A stretch of DNA of 62,021 bases, filler included, from Globobulimina sp. (lineage: Eukaryota), in the NCBI GenBank assembly GCA_003354225.1. It is 12 parts of 12 records of this genome, joined end to end, with 100 filler letters (N's around TTAATTAATTAA, not from the genome) between each part and the next. Parts side by side here need not be neighbours in the genome. Positions count along the whole stretch, not along the records: positions 1 to 5,084 come from PIVH01000735.1; positions 5,185 to 10,267 come from PIVH01000736.1; positions 10,368 to 15,449 come from PIVH01000737.1; 9 more parts are not named here. The stretch is one strand, 5' to 3'. This document shows positions 1 to 12,496 of the stretch, in pieces (the first letter of the stretch is position 1; each line of letters begins with the position of its first letter). The notes below the pieces were generated by a model. That model saw only the letters and a list, made by a program, of their open reading frames with translations. It made no database searches and had not been told where the DNA came from. The position numbers and the translations under genes were made by a program.

Positions 1-230
1 TCAATTACCTCAAAAACTTCGAACCGCATCATGGGAGGCTTGTTTTCTTCAGCAAAAAGATCTTTAAATCCATGGTCCATGTGTAGCCTTTGTGCACGTC
101 GCCATAATGATTTGAGTTGAGCCTCTTCCGTAGCCACACCCACTAAAACCGGCCTCATTTGTTGTTGTGGTACTTTGTCAACTACGATTTTAATTTTTTC
201 ACGTTTTCCTGAAGAAAGCAAGCCTCCCAT
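1..230 (-). CDS. Possible partial ORF with N-myristoylation-like start (MGGLLS...), running off the contig end
   Basis: Manual translation from ATG at 230 gives 76 open codons (MGGLLSSGKREKIKIVVDK...RFEVFEVI). No recognisable domain. Confidence 0.35.
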   Translation of the reverse strand, partial: MGGLLSSGKREKIKIVVDKVPQQQMRPVLVGVATEEAQLKSLWRRAQRLHMDHGFKDLFAEENKPPMMRFEVFEVI

Positions 231-260
231 GATGCGGTTCGAAGTTTTTGAGGTAATTGA
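1..260. repeat. 52-bp inverted repeat (1-52 / 209-260, one mismatch)
   Basis: 1-52 TCAATTACCTC...TTTCTTCAG is the reverse complement of 209-260 apart from one base. Confidence 0.9.
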
Positions 261-647
261 CTAAGCTGTTTTTTGTCTTGTCAGTTTTATATTGCATTTC
301 AAAACAAATTCATGAACAATTTGGTCGGACATTATCTTACACTCTAAGTTATCAAAAAGTTGCTGCATTTACATGTAAACCGGAATTGCACGCAAATACC
401 TGCAATGTTTGCAACTGTAATGCTACCTATGATGTGGTGCAAACATTTTAAATGCAAAGCTGTTGACGAATACAAAGAAGTAAATATTTTGATTGATTCA
501 TATATGTATTCGATAGAAGAGTATGCTCAAAATGCCATTATATTCCTAAAGAATGAAACATGTACAATGAAAAACCTAAATATTATTGAGCATACATAAC
601 AATATACAAAATAGAGAAAATGTTTACTAGTACAGAATAAAATAAAT

Positions 648-3132
648 TCATTTATATTGTGTTGGAATCTTCACTATGTTGAGTCCAAGCTGCTGATTCA
701 AAGCTGTATGTCTTGATTTGTTGCCGTTGTATGAATTCAAGGCATATCCAATCTGTCCGGGAGTGGCATGGGCGCCAGGAATTAATTTGGGTGTTGCATA
801 CATACTTTCATACGACGGGCTCATCATTTTACTCTCATCATCTTCATCCATATCACTTCCATCATTATCCTCCACATTAACACTCAAATATGCATTATTC
901 GCACCATTCATATCCATATTATTTTTTATGTCAATGGAAGAATTACTATTGACAGCCATTGCTAATTCAATGCAGTTTTCTTCTTCTTCTCCGTATACAT
1001 CATTTTCGCCATCCTGTTCTGCAGTAAATCCCCAATGGAAACTCCTCTTTTTTTGATGAATTTGAACAGCGGGCGGTTGAGCTTGGACACTCATTCCATT
1101 TGATTTAGATTTTAAACTCCTTTTCGTCAACTTTTTTGATGTTGCTTTTTGTTGAAATAACTTGCCTAATACAGATTTATTGTACTTATCAATCCCATCC
1201 GTTTTGTCAGATTCACTTTCATTGTCACTCGATAAATATCCATTTTTCATCTCTTTTACATTCAGAAACAACGGGTTATATTTTGCTTTGTCATCTTCCT
1301 GTAATGGGCCATCCGTATCATTGCCATCTAATTCGTTCTCACTTCTTCGGCGCCACACTGTCACTGCATTGTCTATCTGTATTCCTTCTTTTTGATCAAC
1401 ATTTTTATCCGCATCTTTGCAACATTTTATGTAACAATATCTCAAAATACATACTGCTGCCATCAAACACAAAGCAGCCACTGCTCCAAACACTATCTTT
1501 AGAATGGTGTACAGATCAAATATAAAAACATCATTTCTATTTTCATTTGTTTCTAATGTGATGGTTGAATGGATATTTGTGCTGTTTTTAACAGTCACAG
1601 ACTTTGTAAAATTTCTTCTTTCGACTTGAATCAAAATACCTTGAAAAGTATCGGAAAACCCAAATGAATGCAATTTATTGTTGGTATTGGTTGTGAATAT
1701 TGATAGAAATGTGTGCGACGTAAACGTATTCACCACAAACTCTTCGTATTTCTCAATCAATGTTTCAGCAATGATACCAAACGCACCATACGCTATATAC
1801 TGAGCGCTATAAACATATTAAATAAACATTTGTAAAATAAAAAAAATATAATATCCTAACTATTTAACGGCGGGATTCTATATACATTGTACGGAGAGTA
1901 TAACAGACGAAGGAAAAGCACATATTATTTGCACTAAACAATTAAGTAGTTTTCATCACGGAATGTTTGACAAAATGGTGATTCAAAAGGATTCAATTCA
2001 TAGTTAAAAATAGCACAAAATGTCATATTGAGAATACCACCCATTTTCCAGACGGTATTATCATCAAACATTCTATATTTATATTTGCTGGATTTCCCAG
2101 TAATATCCTCATACGTTTTCAATAGTTGCTCGCCAATGTATTTCCCAAAAATCATGTTGATTCCGTTGCTGCTTTCATTGAAATACACATAAATCTCCAA
2201 ACGTTTTTCGTTATCATTATAAACTTGTACTGGTGCAGTTGTTGGGGCTGTCGTAGGGCTGCGGGTTGGTGTATGCGTTGGCGGCCTGGTGGCTGGATTT
2301 CGTGTGGGTCCGTTGCTAGGTTCGTCTGTTGGAGTGGCAGTGGTTGGAAACGTAGTTGCTGGCAATAATGTAGGTGGTATTGTTGGTGCTGTTGTTGATG
2401 CAGTGGGCGATGCTGTTGGTGACATAGTTGGTCTGTACATAAATATATCAAACCAGAAACACGAAAACAAGAAAAAACAAGAAAAAAATTAACACACTCC
2501 GTTGTCGGCGCAATTGTCAGATCGTTACATAAGTCGTTACTATTGGCACATGACCAGGCATCTGGTGCGAAATCGCAGGTTGCAGAGTAATTTGATGCAC
2601 AATGCATAATTCCCGCGTGATATGCAAAACTGCCGCCACTTTGAATATATTGACTCGTATTCACATCACGCCAACCATACATTGCATAGATGTTTATCGG
2701 ATTTGCATATGGCTCAAATGTGCTCTTTTCCTGATTTGCTGCTGATAATGAATCGTCGCCATTTAATATGCAATTTTTGGTGCTTGTTGCTGGTGAATAT
2801 GATGGACAATATATTGTGATGCCAGTACAGCTAAAATCGCCAGTTACACAATCTGGAAGGATAAGTTTGGATGATTTCGAAGCCTGAAATATTGTTCGCT
2901 GGCAGGCATAATCGGCACTGCACGTTATTGAACATTGGAAATTTGATGGACAGCGTATTGTTGATTGTTTGCAAGATGATGTGCCAATGCATTGGACATC
3001 GCAGGTCTCATTTTCAGCGCAATTAATCACTGAATTATCACATTTGTTATTTCCACAAACGATAATATTAGCATTTGTATATGATATTAATATGAGCAAC
3101 GGCGCCATTAACTGATGTAAAAAAGAAGACAT
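648..3132 (-). CDS. Type I membrane protein (~767 aa): signal peptide, Cys-rich ectodomain, Pro/Thr stalk, TM helix, acidic cytoplasmic tail; 4 exons
   Basis: Exons 3132-2498, 2432-1940, 1877-1861 and 1806-648 join in frame through GT-AG introns of 65, 62 and 54 nt. Repeated Cys motifs, PTxxPT repeats and TM IVFGAVAALCLMAAVCIL are visible. Confidence 0.75.
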
Positions 3133-3173
3133 TCTTGAAAGTTTTTTGACAACTAATCGTGACTCCAATTGCA

Positions 3174-5083
3174 ATGGGAAAGTGTTGCTCAACTTCGTGG
3201 TACCAATCAATGACAGCAGAGTACCTTAAACATGAAACAGTGAATGAATGCGTAAGAAGTCAATGCAATTGTCAACAATTAAAAGTTGGAGATTCGCTGC
3301 AACTCACAGCATCTCATGATAACAATATTATTTTCGAAGGAAGATTATTATATATCGAAGCCATCTCATCCTATTCATGTCTTGCAGCAAATGATTGGTC
3401 CTTTGTCGACGATGCTAAGTCTAAATTCATTGGACGTAGATTGATAATAACAAGAGATATACCAAATGTTGCTGCATTATCATGTAACATAAAATATGGC
3501 GACGACACTTTTGATTTAAGCCATGTGCCTGATCAGTATCGATATAAAATTGACGAATATGTGCGTTTATCTATGCACATCAATGCGTGCAATAATGCTC
3601 AAAGAATTGGAGCATACTCTAAAAAAAACAAACATTACAGAAAAAGTGAGAATGCGTTATTATCAAAATCAATAAAATTGGAATTCATCCATTCATGTAA
3701 CAAAGCAACAAAAACGAATGGGAATATTCGGATTTATGCTAAAAACAAATTATTTTATATCAAACCATCAGTCAACACCGCAGATAACGAAGAGCTTAAA
3801 TTAATGGACGAAGAACCAATGTGTCTTAATCGTACTGTTTTGACTGAATTTTTTTATGTCAAGCCAACGAAAAACCGATTCTGTGATGGATTTTCCAATA
3901 CTGTTTTCTCACTAAAACATTGTATCCGCAAAACTGAGCATGTGCATCCAAGAATTGTCCATACTAAACGTGCGTTTATTCATTTCATTGTAAACAGTTC
4001 CATTTCCGTTGCATTCCCTCAATTTACAGATGCTATTAACAAGGAAACAACGCATAGACAATGGTTATTCAATGCATATTGGACATGTTTTCCAACACTG
4101 TACGCTCAGAATATATTTATATGTGAAACCAGATTTATATGTCAAAATATTATTAAATTTTCACCATTATATCACAATTCCAATCTTAATGACAGTATAT
4201 CCAACACAATTCCTCATCAACTCTTTTTATTCGAATGCGGAGCGATAAAAAACATTTGTAACGCATATAATATGCCATATGAGTATCCATACGAATTATG
4301 TCCATCTTATCTTAATCAGTATAAAAATTCAACACGAAGTGATCCAAAAATGTCCGTATTTATCAAAGAATGTCCATTTTATATTGCAAAATATAATGAA
4401 AAATGGGATTTAGGCATTATACCATCATTGAAACATGATTATGTCAACGATTTATGCAAAGCATGGAGTCAACTCCGAGCAGTCAATCTTTTCCGCAATG
4501 CCAAAGAATTTGACTTGAATGAGTATATAACGTATTATCAGACCAATATGTTTGACAAAGATCCATATTATAATTTTTTCAAAGAAACTGGAATGATCCA
4601 TTCACACTCAATGGTTGAAATATTTTGTTCAATCAATTATGGTGAATCGTATGCCGTATTATATCAAAAACACTTATTAGAAAATGAAAAACGAATACAG
4701 ACCGCAGCAAAGCAACGGAAGTTCGCAGCTGGAGATGCTGCAAAAGCTCGACAACAAGAAATAGAGAGAAGCACTCCACTGCAAATTGAGCAGTTCATGA
4801 ATATGGAGAGATTTACATCGCATAAAATCGCTTTGGAGTATTGTAACAAATGTTGGTTTCCTAAATTTAGGCTTTATAAAAGCAGACAAAGGACGGTAAT
4901 GGAGATCGTGGAACGCATATTTAAGGACAGAAAATCAGTGCAACGCAAAACAATGGATGACATTTGTTGTGATTTGCAGTTTGATGATCTTTATCGACCA
5001 TTTGCGTATATGTCTGTGGGTTGGAAGGTGCTGGCAAAGATTAAGGACAATGATTTTAATAAGCGGTATTTGGAAGAGTTAGC
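3174..5083 (+). CDS. Hypothetical protein with N-terminal MGKCC acylation motif, 3' truncated
   Basis: Uninterrupted ORF of more than 630 codons running into the gap. No domain recognised. Confidence 0.65.
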
Positions 5084-5184
5084 ANNNNNNNNNNNNNNNN
5101 NNNNNNNNNNNNNNNNNNNNNNNNNNNNTTAATTAATTAANNNNNNNNNNNNNNNNNNNNNNNNNNNNNNNNNNNNNNNNNNNN
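5084..5184. other. Artificial contig-join spacer (N run, TTAATTAATTAA, N run); first of 11
   Basis: Equivalent spacers at about 10268, 15450, 20631, 25812, 30992, 36170, 41347, 46519, 51688 and 56855. Contig lengths fall steadily from 5083 to 5067. Confidence 0.97.
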
Positions 5185-5449
5185 TTGAAAGCATATTGCC
5201 AATAAATAAATGGGATCACTAAATAAAGCAGGTATACACAAATTAAACTGTGTTTCAACTTGGTATTAAATTGACGGACCATCATCTGGGAACCAGAGGT
5301 GCTTTCATAAAAAGTGTAAAATATCTCATATTTTACTCAAAGGGGGGTCTGACTTTAGTCAAAGAGTAGTTTTTGTTTGTGATGATTACAAGAGTGCAAG
5401 ACTACACTGTTGAAAAGGTACAATATAATATTGGGAATTTGCGGTGTTA

Positions 5450-6761
5450 TTAACGACAATTATATTGGCAAACTCTTGTGGTTCTTTTTTTATAAACTAC
5501 ATTCATAAAACATTCCCTACATTGTACCGCATCATAAGGTCTCAACGATACAATAACCCCACATTCAGCACATATATATTGTGCCGGTTTTTGTTGTTGT
5601 TCACGTTCAATAATTAATGGCTCATTATCTTTAATCCTTAATTTAAATAAAGGTACATTTTCTTCTAACTGTCGTTCATTTGATAATAACTTATCATTTT
5701 TCATAAATGGTTTCCTTGTTATCCGTGCATATTGCTCTTGTATTTCAACAATAGTCTGATTGTCCATTACCTCAATCTCTTGGCATGCCTGGTCGTCATT
5801 CATTTGATTCATATCCATATTGGAATTGGCATTATTTATTTCAGAATCATACACTAACACTGAATATTTGCCAACATTATAATTTAAGACGCATTGATTC
5901 TCTATTTTTTCGTCATAAACCGTCGAATGTAGATCTAAAACCTCATTGTTCAACGACAAGGTGGCACTCTCATGCTTCTCTCGCCGCGATGACTGCAAAT
6001 ACACATTCAACACATCGTCAATACTCCAAAACTCGCATACTAAGATATCAGTGGATAGCTCGCAAAGTTGATCAATTATTTGCACGCAAATACGTGATAT
6101 TAATGTATGCCCATTATCGACGATCTGGTATTCCCTCAATGTTTTATCATTTTGTAATTCCAAGCCGTCTTTGCTTAATTGATCTAAACGAACATTTCTA
6201 TCCTTTTCAACCTGTTCTTTTATGCGTGCAATGGTAAAATCTTCGGCCACACGAATATCTTCACAGAAATCTGTAATGTATACAAAAGTGTATGTCAATG
6301 GTGAATGTAGTTCTTTTTTTTTACAAACCTGTCCCATCCATTATTTTAACAAAAAAACATTGCCATCGAATTAATAATTTCTTATGGTTGGCAATCATCG
6401 CATCGTCGTCTTCTTGGTATATATCCTCGGTCAAAGGGTCTACAATAAAATGTGAGGATGTTATTTCAATGGAGTTGTTTCCCTGTCCAGCGCCAATATT
6501 TTTCTCTTCTTCGCGTTGTAATAAATAACGTTTAATATCACCAAATGTCCGTATTTCATCGGTTAATGGGACACGAAATGACTGTCCTTCACATTCAATA
6601 ATGACCCAATTCTCTGACTCCACAATTTCTGCATCGGCATCGGCATCTACATTGACATCACCATCATCATCTAATACATTCTCGGTAAACCCATTATTCT
6701 CAATGTCATCATCATCATCATCTGATTCATCTGTAACTGGTGTACCACCTGCACCGTACAT
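5450..6761 (-). CDS. Tandem ubiquitin-like domain protein fused to a C-terminal RPB12/POLR2K (RPABC4)-like zinc ribbon; 2 exons, 417 aa
   Basis: A 58-nt GT-AG intron (6328-6271) joins the two ORFs in frame. UBL-like segments include TIARIKEQVEK...KDGLELQNDKTLREYQI. The C-terminus YICAECGVIVSLRPYDAVQCRECFMNVVYKKRTTRVCQYNCR has the C-x2-C-x13-C-x2-C, YKKRT and terminal Arg pattern of RPB12. Confidence 0.8.
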
Positions 6762-6910
6762 TATATATCAAGACTATTGTTCGGGAAAACTGTATAAATT
6801 AACCGGACTTAAGTTAGAATGGCTCTCAATATCACAGCCTAAAACCGAAACTATCCAAACCAAAACAGCACAAACCAAAACAGCGCAAACAGCATCACCT
6901 AGTATCCAAC

Positions 6911-9406
6911 ATGAAAAGTGTGGATTTCAAATTGCATATAGCTGTTGATTTTGGGACAGACGGATGTGGTACGTATAAATGAATAATAACTGCATCTTGC
7001 ATTTTACTACGTATACGCATTACACAATTAACTACAGCACTAGCATTTGCATACAAAGATAAAGTGACGGTTTACAATAAATGGCGCGCTCAACAGGTTC
7101 ACTCAAGTTCGAGAGCATCAACAACAACAAAGACAAAGACACAATTGATATTGAATGAAAACAATGAAGTTACATGTTTTGGAAATGCTGCCAAATTCAC
7201 GTTAATTAGTATTGACACTTATGTGCATGGCAAAATCACACAACTACAATTTGTCATTTCTATATTGTTAGATATTTCAATCTCGAACAACCTGAACAAG
7301 ACAGGAAAAAATTCTTTGAGAGATTTAAAATGGCGTTATACGGTACGTATTTTATTGTTATTCAACAAAACAAACTATTATCATCATTCTACAAAATTAA
7401 ATAGAAACACATTTAGGTCAATTCAGTGATATTATTGAAGCGGATGAAGAGAAGAAACGATCGGATGTTAATACTGCAAAATATTTATATGATTCCAAAG
7501 GCGAAGCAATCGAACCTAAAATTGTATTTATTGCAGCTTTTAGAATGTTGCAACGAAAGGCAAAAAAATATATTCCAGAAAGAATAACAAATGATGATAT
7601 TAAAGATGAAGAGATTCAGTTTTTTTATTTTATCCTTAAATTTTTCGGTGGTAAATATTTTACAAACAGAAATAAATATATTTAGATGGATCGTGACAGT
7701 CCCCGCCATTTGGAGTGAAAAGGCTAAAAATAAAATGAGAGACTGGATGATTGAGGCTACATTAATCGATCCACATGTAATTGATCAGTGTGTAATCGTC
7801 TTTGAGCCGGATTGCGCTTCGTTATCGATGCAAAAACAATATTTTAGAGATATTACTCGAAAATCGAAACCAAAGAAATCACATTCGTCTAAATCGTCAA
7901 TGAATGTTATATTCAACCCATGTGATGATATGGAGAGTGACGAAGATGAAAAAAGTTTTAAATTAGCTAAAAAAAAGATAAATTTTGAAAAAAATGATAA
8001 ATATATTTTGATTGATGCTGGAGGAGGTACTATGTCACGTCTATATATATATATATAGTATAATATATTGGATACTACATAAGGTACTGTCGACATTGCA
8101 TGTCATAAAATTATGGGAAATGGATGCGTTGAAGAGATTATATATCCAACAGGGGATAAGTGGGGTTCCTGCTATATTGATGATTTGTATATTACGTTAT
8201 TACAGGAAATATTTACTGAACAATGTATTGTTGACTATCAACATAAAGCACCTGCAGGTTTTGTTGAGGTTATGGCCAATTTTAAAACAGCCAAAGAAAC
8301 GTTTTCACAAAAAAGAGCAAAAACACATCGAGTGCACTTACCAGAAGATTTTGTTCGCTTTTTAACACAAGAATGTGAGAAGCAAAATACTGATTTGGCC
8401 ACAAAAATCGATGCATTTGGTGCATCAAAGCAATTAAAGTTTAGATACGTTTGTTTTCATAATTAAACTGCTTGCGTTGTTATGTTTGTTATGTAATAGC
8501 TATTTTCGAGATTTATTCTGGAATGAAAGAGAAAAAGAGGAAAAGAATTATGATGAATGTGATAAAAGCGTTTGTGTATTGAAACTTATAAAGGAAAGAA
8601 TGAATGAAAATGATAAGAAGGATGACTCCGACTCCGAGGAAGAACAATTAGAGAGTGACTCTGAGGAAGAAAATGTTAAATGGATAGAATATATTGAATT
8701 GGATGTGAGAATTTGGAAATGTTTGTTTGATTCAAAGATAAATCCAATAATAGCACATGTCGAGAAATTGTTGGAAGTGGAAGCATTGAGAGACTGTAGA
8801 TTCTTAGGATTAGTTGGCGGCTTTTCATGTTCAAAATATTTTCAATACAGAATGCAAAAAACGTTTGGAGAATATGGTTTTTATCAAATGACAGTTGTTA
8901 TTCCCCGCAATCCAATGTTGACTGTGGTTGAAGGAGCTGCTTTGATGGCAATCACACAATTTACTTATATTCGAGCACGAAAATTAAAATATACATATGG
9001 CATCAAATGTGCTCGTAGCAAGGAACAAGCCGAAAAAAAAGGCATATCAAATGATTATATCAATAATCAGGATAATATAGCTACTGATGGATTGGTTGAA
9101 GGGTGTTTTGACATCGTTGCAATTAAAAATGAGCGTGTTTCCATTGGAACGGTAAAAAAATCCATTCTTTATAGAAGAGCTATGACAACAAAGACCTCCT
9201 CTATTCCCATATTAAAAAGCGATGAACAGAATCCAAAAGTTGCGAGTGAAGGAGAAGAATTAGCAGTTTTACATGTATCTCATACCAATTCAAAAAGAGA
9301 AACTGTGACAGAGTTTCATTTTTATGACACAATATTCAAAGTATATTCATATCCGAAATCAAATCCAAATGAAAAGCAACAAGTTCATATCAAATACGTA
9401 GAATGA
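6911..9406 (+). CDS. HSPA12-like atypical Hsp70 (multi-exon; start approximate)
   Basis: Motifs spread over exons: IAVDFGTDG, WIVTVPAIWSEKAKNKMRDW, FEPDCASL, YILIDAGGGT(V)DIACH, GDKWGSCYIDD, LVGGFSCSKYFQ, PRNPMLTVVEGA. Confidence 0.85.
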
Positions 9407-9505
9407 TATGTTTGCGTGTACTTTTTTGTTATTTTAAACTACTATTTTTCCATATATAATAACCTAGAAATAAAAAAACTGAATTTAAAAATCATCCATT
9501 CTGCC

Positions 9506-10267
9506 ATGGGAAACGTCGTTGATCCTAGCAATTTCAAAGCTGAAAACAAATTAATCCAAACCAATCTTTCTCATGATCAGATCCCAACTCTACTACAACA
9601 ACGGTCTGTTGATTTCAAAATTCATATAGCCATTGACTTTGGAACTGATGGATGTGGTATGATGTGTCTATAATTACCAAACATGCAATAGCAAGACTTT
9701 GGAACATATATAGCAATCGCATATTATTATAACAACAAAGTAACAATATATAATAAATGGATGACCAAATCAAGACAACGTACAACCAAGGTCAAAACAC
9801 AAATATTATTAAATGGCAATGATGAATTGGCTGCATTTGGTGATAATGCTAAAATAATGTTTAGTATATCGGGACACATATTTTTTAGTATTTCTTCTGT
9901 AAATACACGTGCACAGATATTAAAATTTAAGTGGTGACGAAAAGAGAACATGGAAATTCTTTGATAGATTCAAAATGTCACTTTATGGTTTGTATCATTT
10001 CTTACATACATTTAATTGCTACACTTAGTGTCCTTATATTTTGCAGAAGTTGCCATCCCATTGCAACCAAAACAAACTGTACATAACCAAAACAAATCGA
10101 GCAAAGTTGCAAAGAAAATTAATGTGCCAAACTTTATTTGTGGTTTGTTCAATTCATATGTCATATGTTTCAAACTAAAAAATGATTGATTTTATATGTA
10201 GTCAAAGCACCAGCTGATCATCAACCAGATATTGAGAATGAGTGTAAGACAAAAACAGTTGTTGGAG
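9506..10267 (+). CDS. Second HSPA12-like Hsp70, tandem paralog, 3' truncated
   Basis: MGNVVD...VDFKIHIAIDFGTDGC, with an intron at the same position as in the upstream copy and a similar following exon (KVTIYNKW...KTQILLN). Confidence 0.8.
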
Positions 10268-10367
10268 NNNNNNNNNNNNNNNNNNNNNNNNNNNNNNNNN
10301 NNNNNNNNNNNTTAATTAATTAANNNNNNNNNNNNNNNNNNNNNNNNNNNNNNNNNNNNNNNNNNNN

Positions 10368-10933
10368 TCTTCATCAAAATTTTCAATTAATCCCTTTTCA
10401 TCTTTATGATAGTTTAAAAATGTATGAAATCCTCCTTTCAATACAAATACTTTTTGTTCTCCCAACAACGTTAATGATTTATCATTTAATTTTATACTCG
10501 ATACAATTTTATTAAATTCATCATTGTCATCTTTTTTTTCAACCGGTTTCAACAATGCTTCTCGCGCCTTATTATACAACCGATACGTTTGCGGTCCTCG
10601 TCCTTTACTCATCATACAAAGAAAAACAATCGTTTTTTTCTCTTCCAAATTTTTCTCCGTTATAATTTCGGGCAATTTATCCACCAAATCAAAGCTTGGA
10701 ATATTTACTGCCCCGCAAATATTACCACCTAAAAAATCACCGTCTGGTTTATCTGGATCGCGTACATCAATTATTAACAATTCTGATGGTTTCTTCATGA
10801 ATTCAATTAAATCTTTATCTGATATCGTATCATAATCAACTTCAATTTCTTTCGCATTTGGAACTATTCCAATTAAAGGATAATTTTGCTTTTTTTCATC
10901 ATCCTTGAACTCCTTGCTGTCATTCGCTGCCAT
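10368..10933 (-). CDS. Cdc25-like rhodanese-fold phosphatase / arsenate reductase (Acr2/Ych1 type), 3' truncated
   Basis: IIDVRD, DFLGGNICGAVNIPS, active-site CX5R (FLCMMSKGRGP) and VFVLKGGF. Confidence 0.8.
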
Positions 10934-10984
10934 ACTTATAATCTAAAAAGAAAAACACAGTTTTTTTCTTCACTTTAAAAGAAT

Positions 10985-12370
10985 ATGACAGTAAAAGAAT
11001 TATTTATGATATGGCTAATGGAAAGTCAAAATCAACAATATCTTTCTGATTTGTCTTTACGTGATACTGCAAACACAGATACAAACTCCGGTGACAACAC
11101 CACAAATCCTACCAAAACCCGAATAATATCAACAAATCGTTTACAAATTAAACCATTTTATCCGAGAAAGAGATCAGCAAAATCCATTGAAAAAGAAATA
11201 AAAAATATTACAATTAAATTTAAACGTATTTCATCCAAAAAAAACGGTTTAAATCAACAACAATTTGAAGCAGTCACAGTTGATATTTGTGGATTTTCAA
11301 GATATTGTAATTCATTGTTCTTTAATAAAATATTGTTAACCAACACAAATGACGAAAATACGGAAAACAAAGAAAACAGAGAAAATATTGTTACATTGTC
11401 AATGTTTCTGAATTTTTGGCGTCGTTATTTCTCAGAGAATGATTGTTTGGCATATCGATTCATTAAAATATTAAAAGCAGATATTGATGCACAAAATGAT
11501 AATTATCTAAATAGGTCAGATTTTATCCCCTTAATTCGTGAGATATTATTTGGTCATCGCGGTTTAGAATTTTTACGAGAATCGCCACAATTTCATGATT
11601 TTTATGTTTCAACAGTAATTTGCAGAATATTTTATTATTTGGATACGCGGAAAAATAATCATATTCAAGTTGGAGAATTACGAAGATCGAATTTTTTGGA
11701 CATATTAGAATTATTGGATGAAGAGCTGGATATAAATGAGATATTTGATTATTTCTCATATGAGCATTTTTATGTAATTTATACAAAATTCTGGGAATTA
11801 GATGAAAATAACGATAATTTATTGCGAAGAGAAGATTTAATGAAATACGGCGATTACGCATTAACTCCAAAAGTAATTGATCGAATAATGGATGGATCCT
11901 CAAACAAATTAAAGACCGCAACAAAGGGAAAAACAACCATGAATTATGAGGAATTTGTGGATTTTATAATATCTGAAGAGGATAAAACAAGTATAACAGC
12001 AATGAATTATTGGTTTCGTATCTTAGACCTCGACGACGATGGTATTTTATCCCCATACGAATTAGAAATATTTTTCCAACAACAATCTGCAAAGATTTTT
12101 AAAGTTTGTGGTGAAAAACTCGAATTTCAAAACATCTTAATATCATTAAATGATATGATTGCACCAAAAATAAATTTTCTATTTACGATGAATGATATTA
12201 AAAAATCAAAAATGGCGCATGTTTTTTTTGATACATTAATCAATATAAATAAGTTTGCATTAAACGAACAAAAGGATGTTGAATTAATAAATAGAATTAG
12301 GAACTCGCCACATATGAGCGATTGGGATAGATTTGCATCGAAAGAATATTTTGTGTTATCAAACTCATAA
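10985..12370 (+). CDS. PP2A regulatory subunit B'' (PPP2R3 family, EF-hand)
   Basis: HRGLEFL, TVICRIFY, FSYEHFYVIYTKFWELD, EEDKTS...YWFRILDLDDDGILS. Confidence 0.92.
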   Translation: MTVKELFMIWLMESQNQQYLSDLSLRDTANTDTNSGDNTTNPTKTRIISTNRLQIKPFYPRKRSAKSIEKEIKNITIKFKRISSKKNGLNQQQFEAVTVDICGFSRYCNSLFFNKILLTNTNDENTENKENRENIVTLSMFLNFWRRYFSENDCLAYRFIKILKADIDAQNDNYLNRSDFIPLIREILFGHRGLEFLRESPQFHDFYVSTVICRIFYYLDTRKNNHIQVGELRRSNFLDILELLDEELDINEIFDYFSYEHFYVIYTKFWELDENNDNLLRREDLMKYGDYALTPKVIDRIMDGSSNKLKTATKGKTTMNYEEFVDFIISEEDKTSITAMNYWFRILDLDDDGILSPYELEIFFQQQSAKIFKVCGEKLEFQNILISLNDMIAPKINFLFTMNDIKKSKMAHVFFDTLININKFALNEQKDVELINRIRNSPHMSDWDRFASKEYFVLSNS

Positions 12371-12496
12371 AATAAAACAATATTTTACTGATTTTGACAT
12401 GTTTTGTTTTACAGTTTGCTTTCTATTATATATATATGCGTGACGTTTATTTTTAATTTAATAATTTTTTGTTGCTTTACTCAAATATAAAGAAAC

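Noticed and set aside
5129-5140. TTAATTAATTAA recurring every ~5.2 kb as a biological periodic motif
   Set aside because: It always sits inside N runs. It is an all-frame stop linker added when contigs were concatenated.
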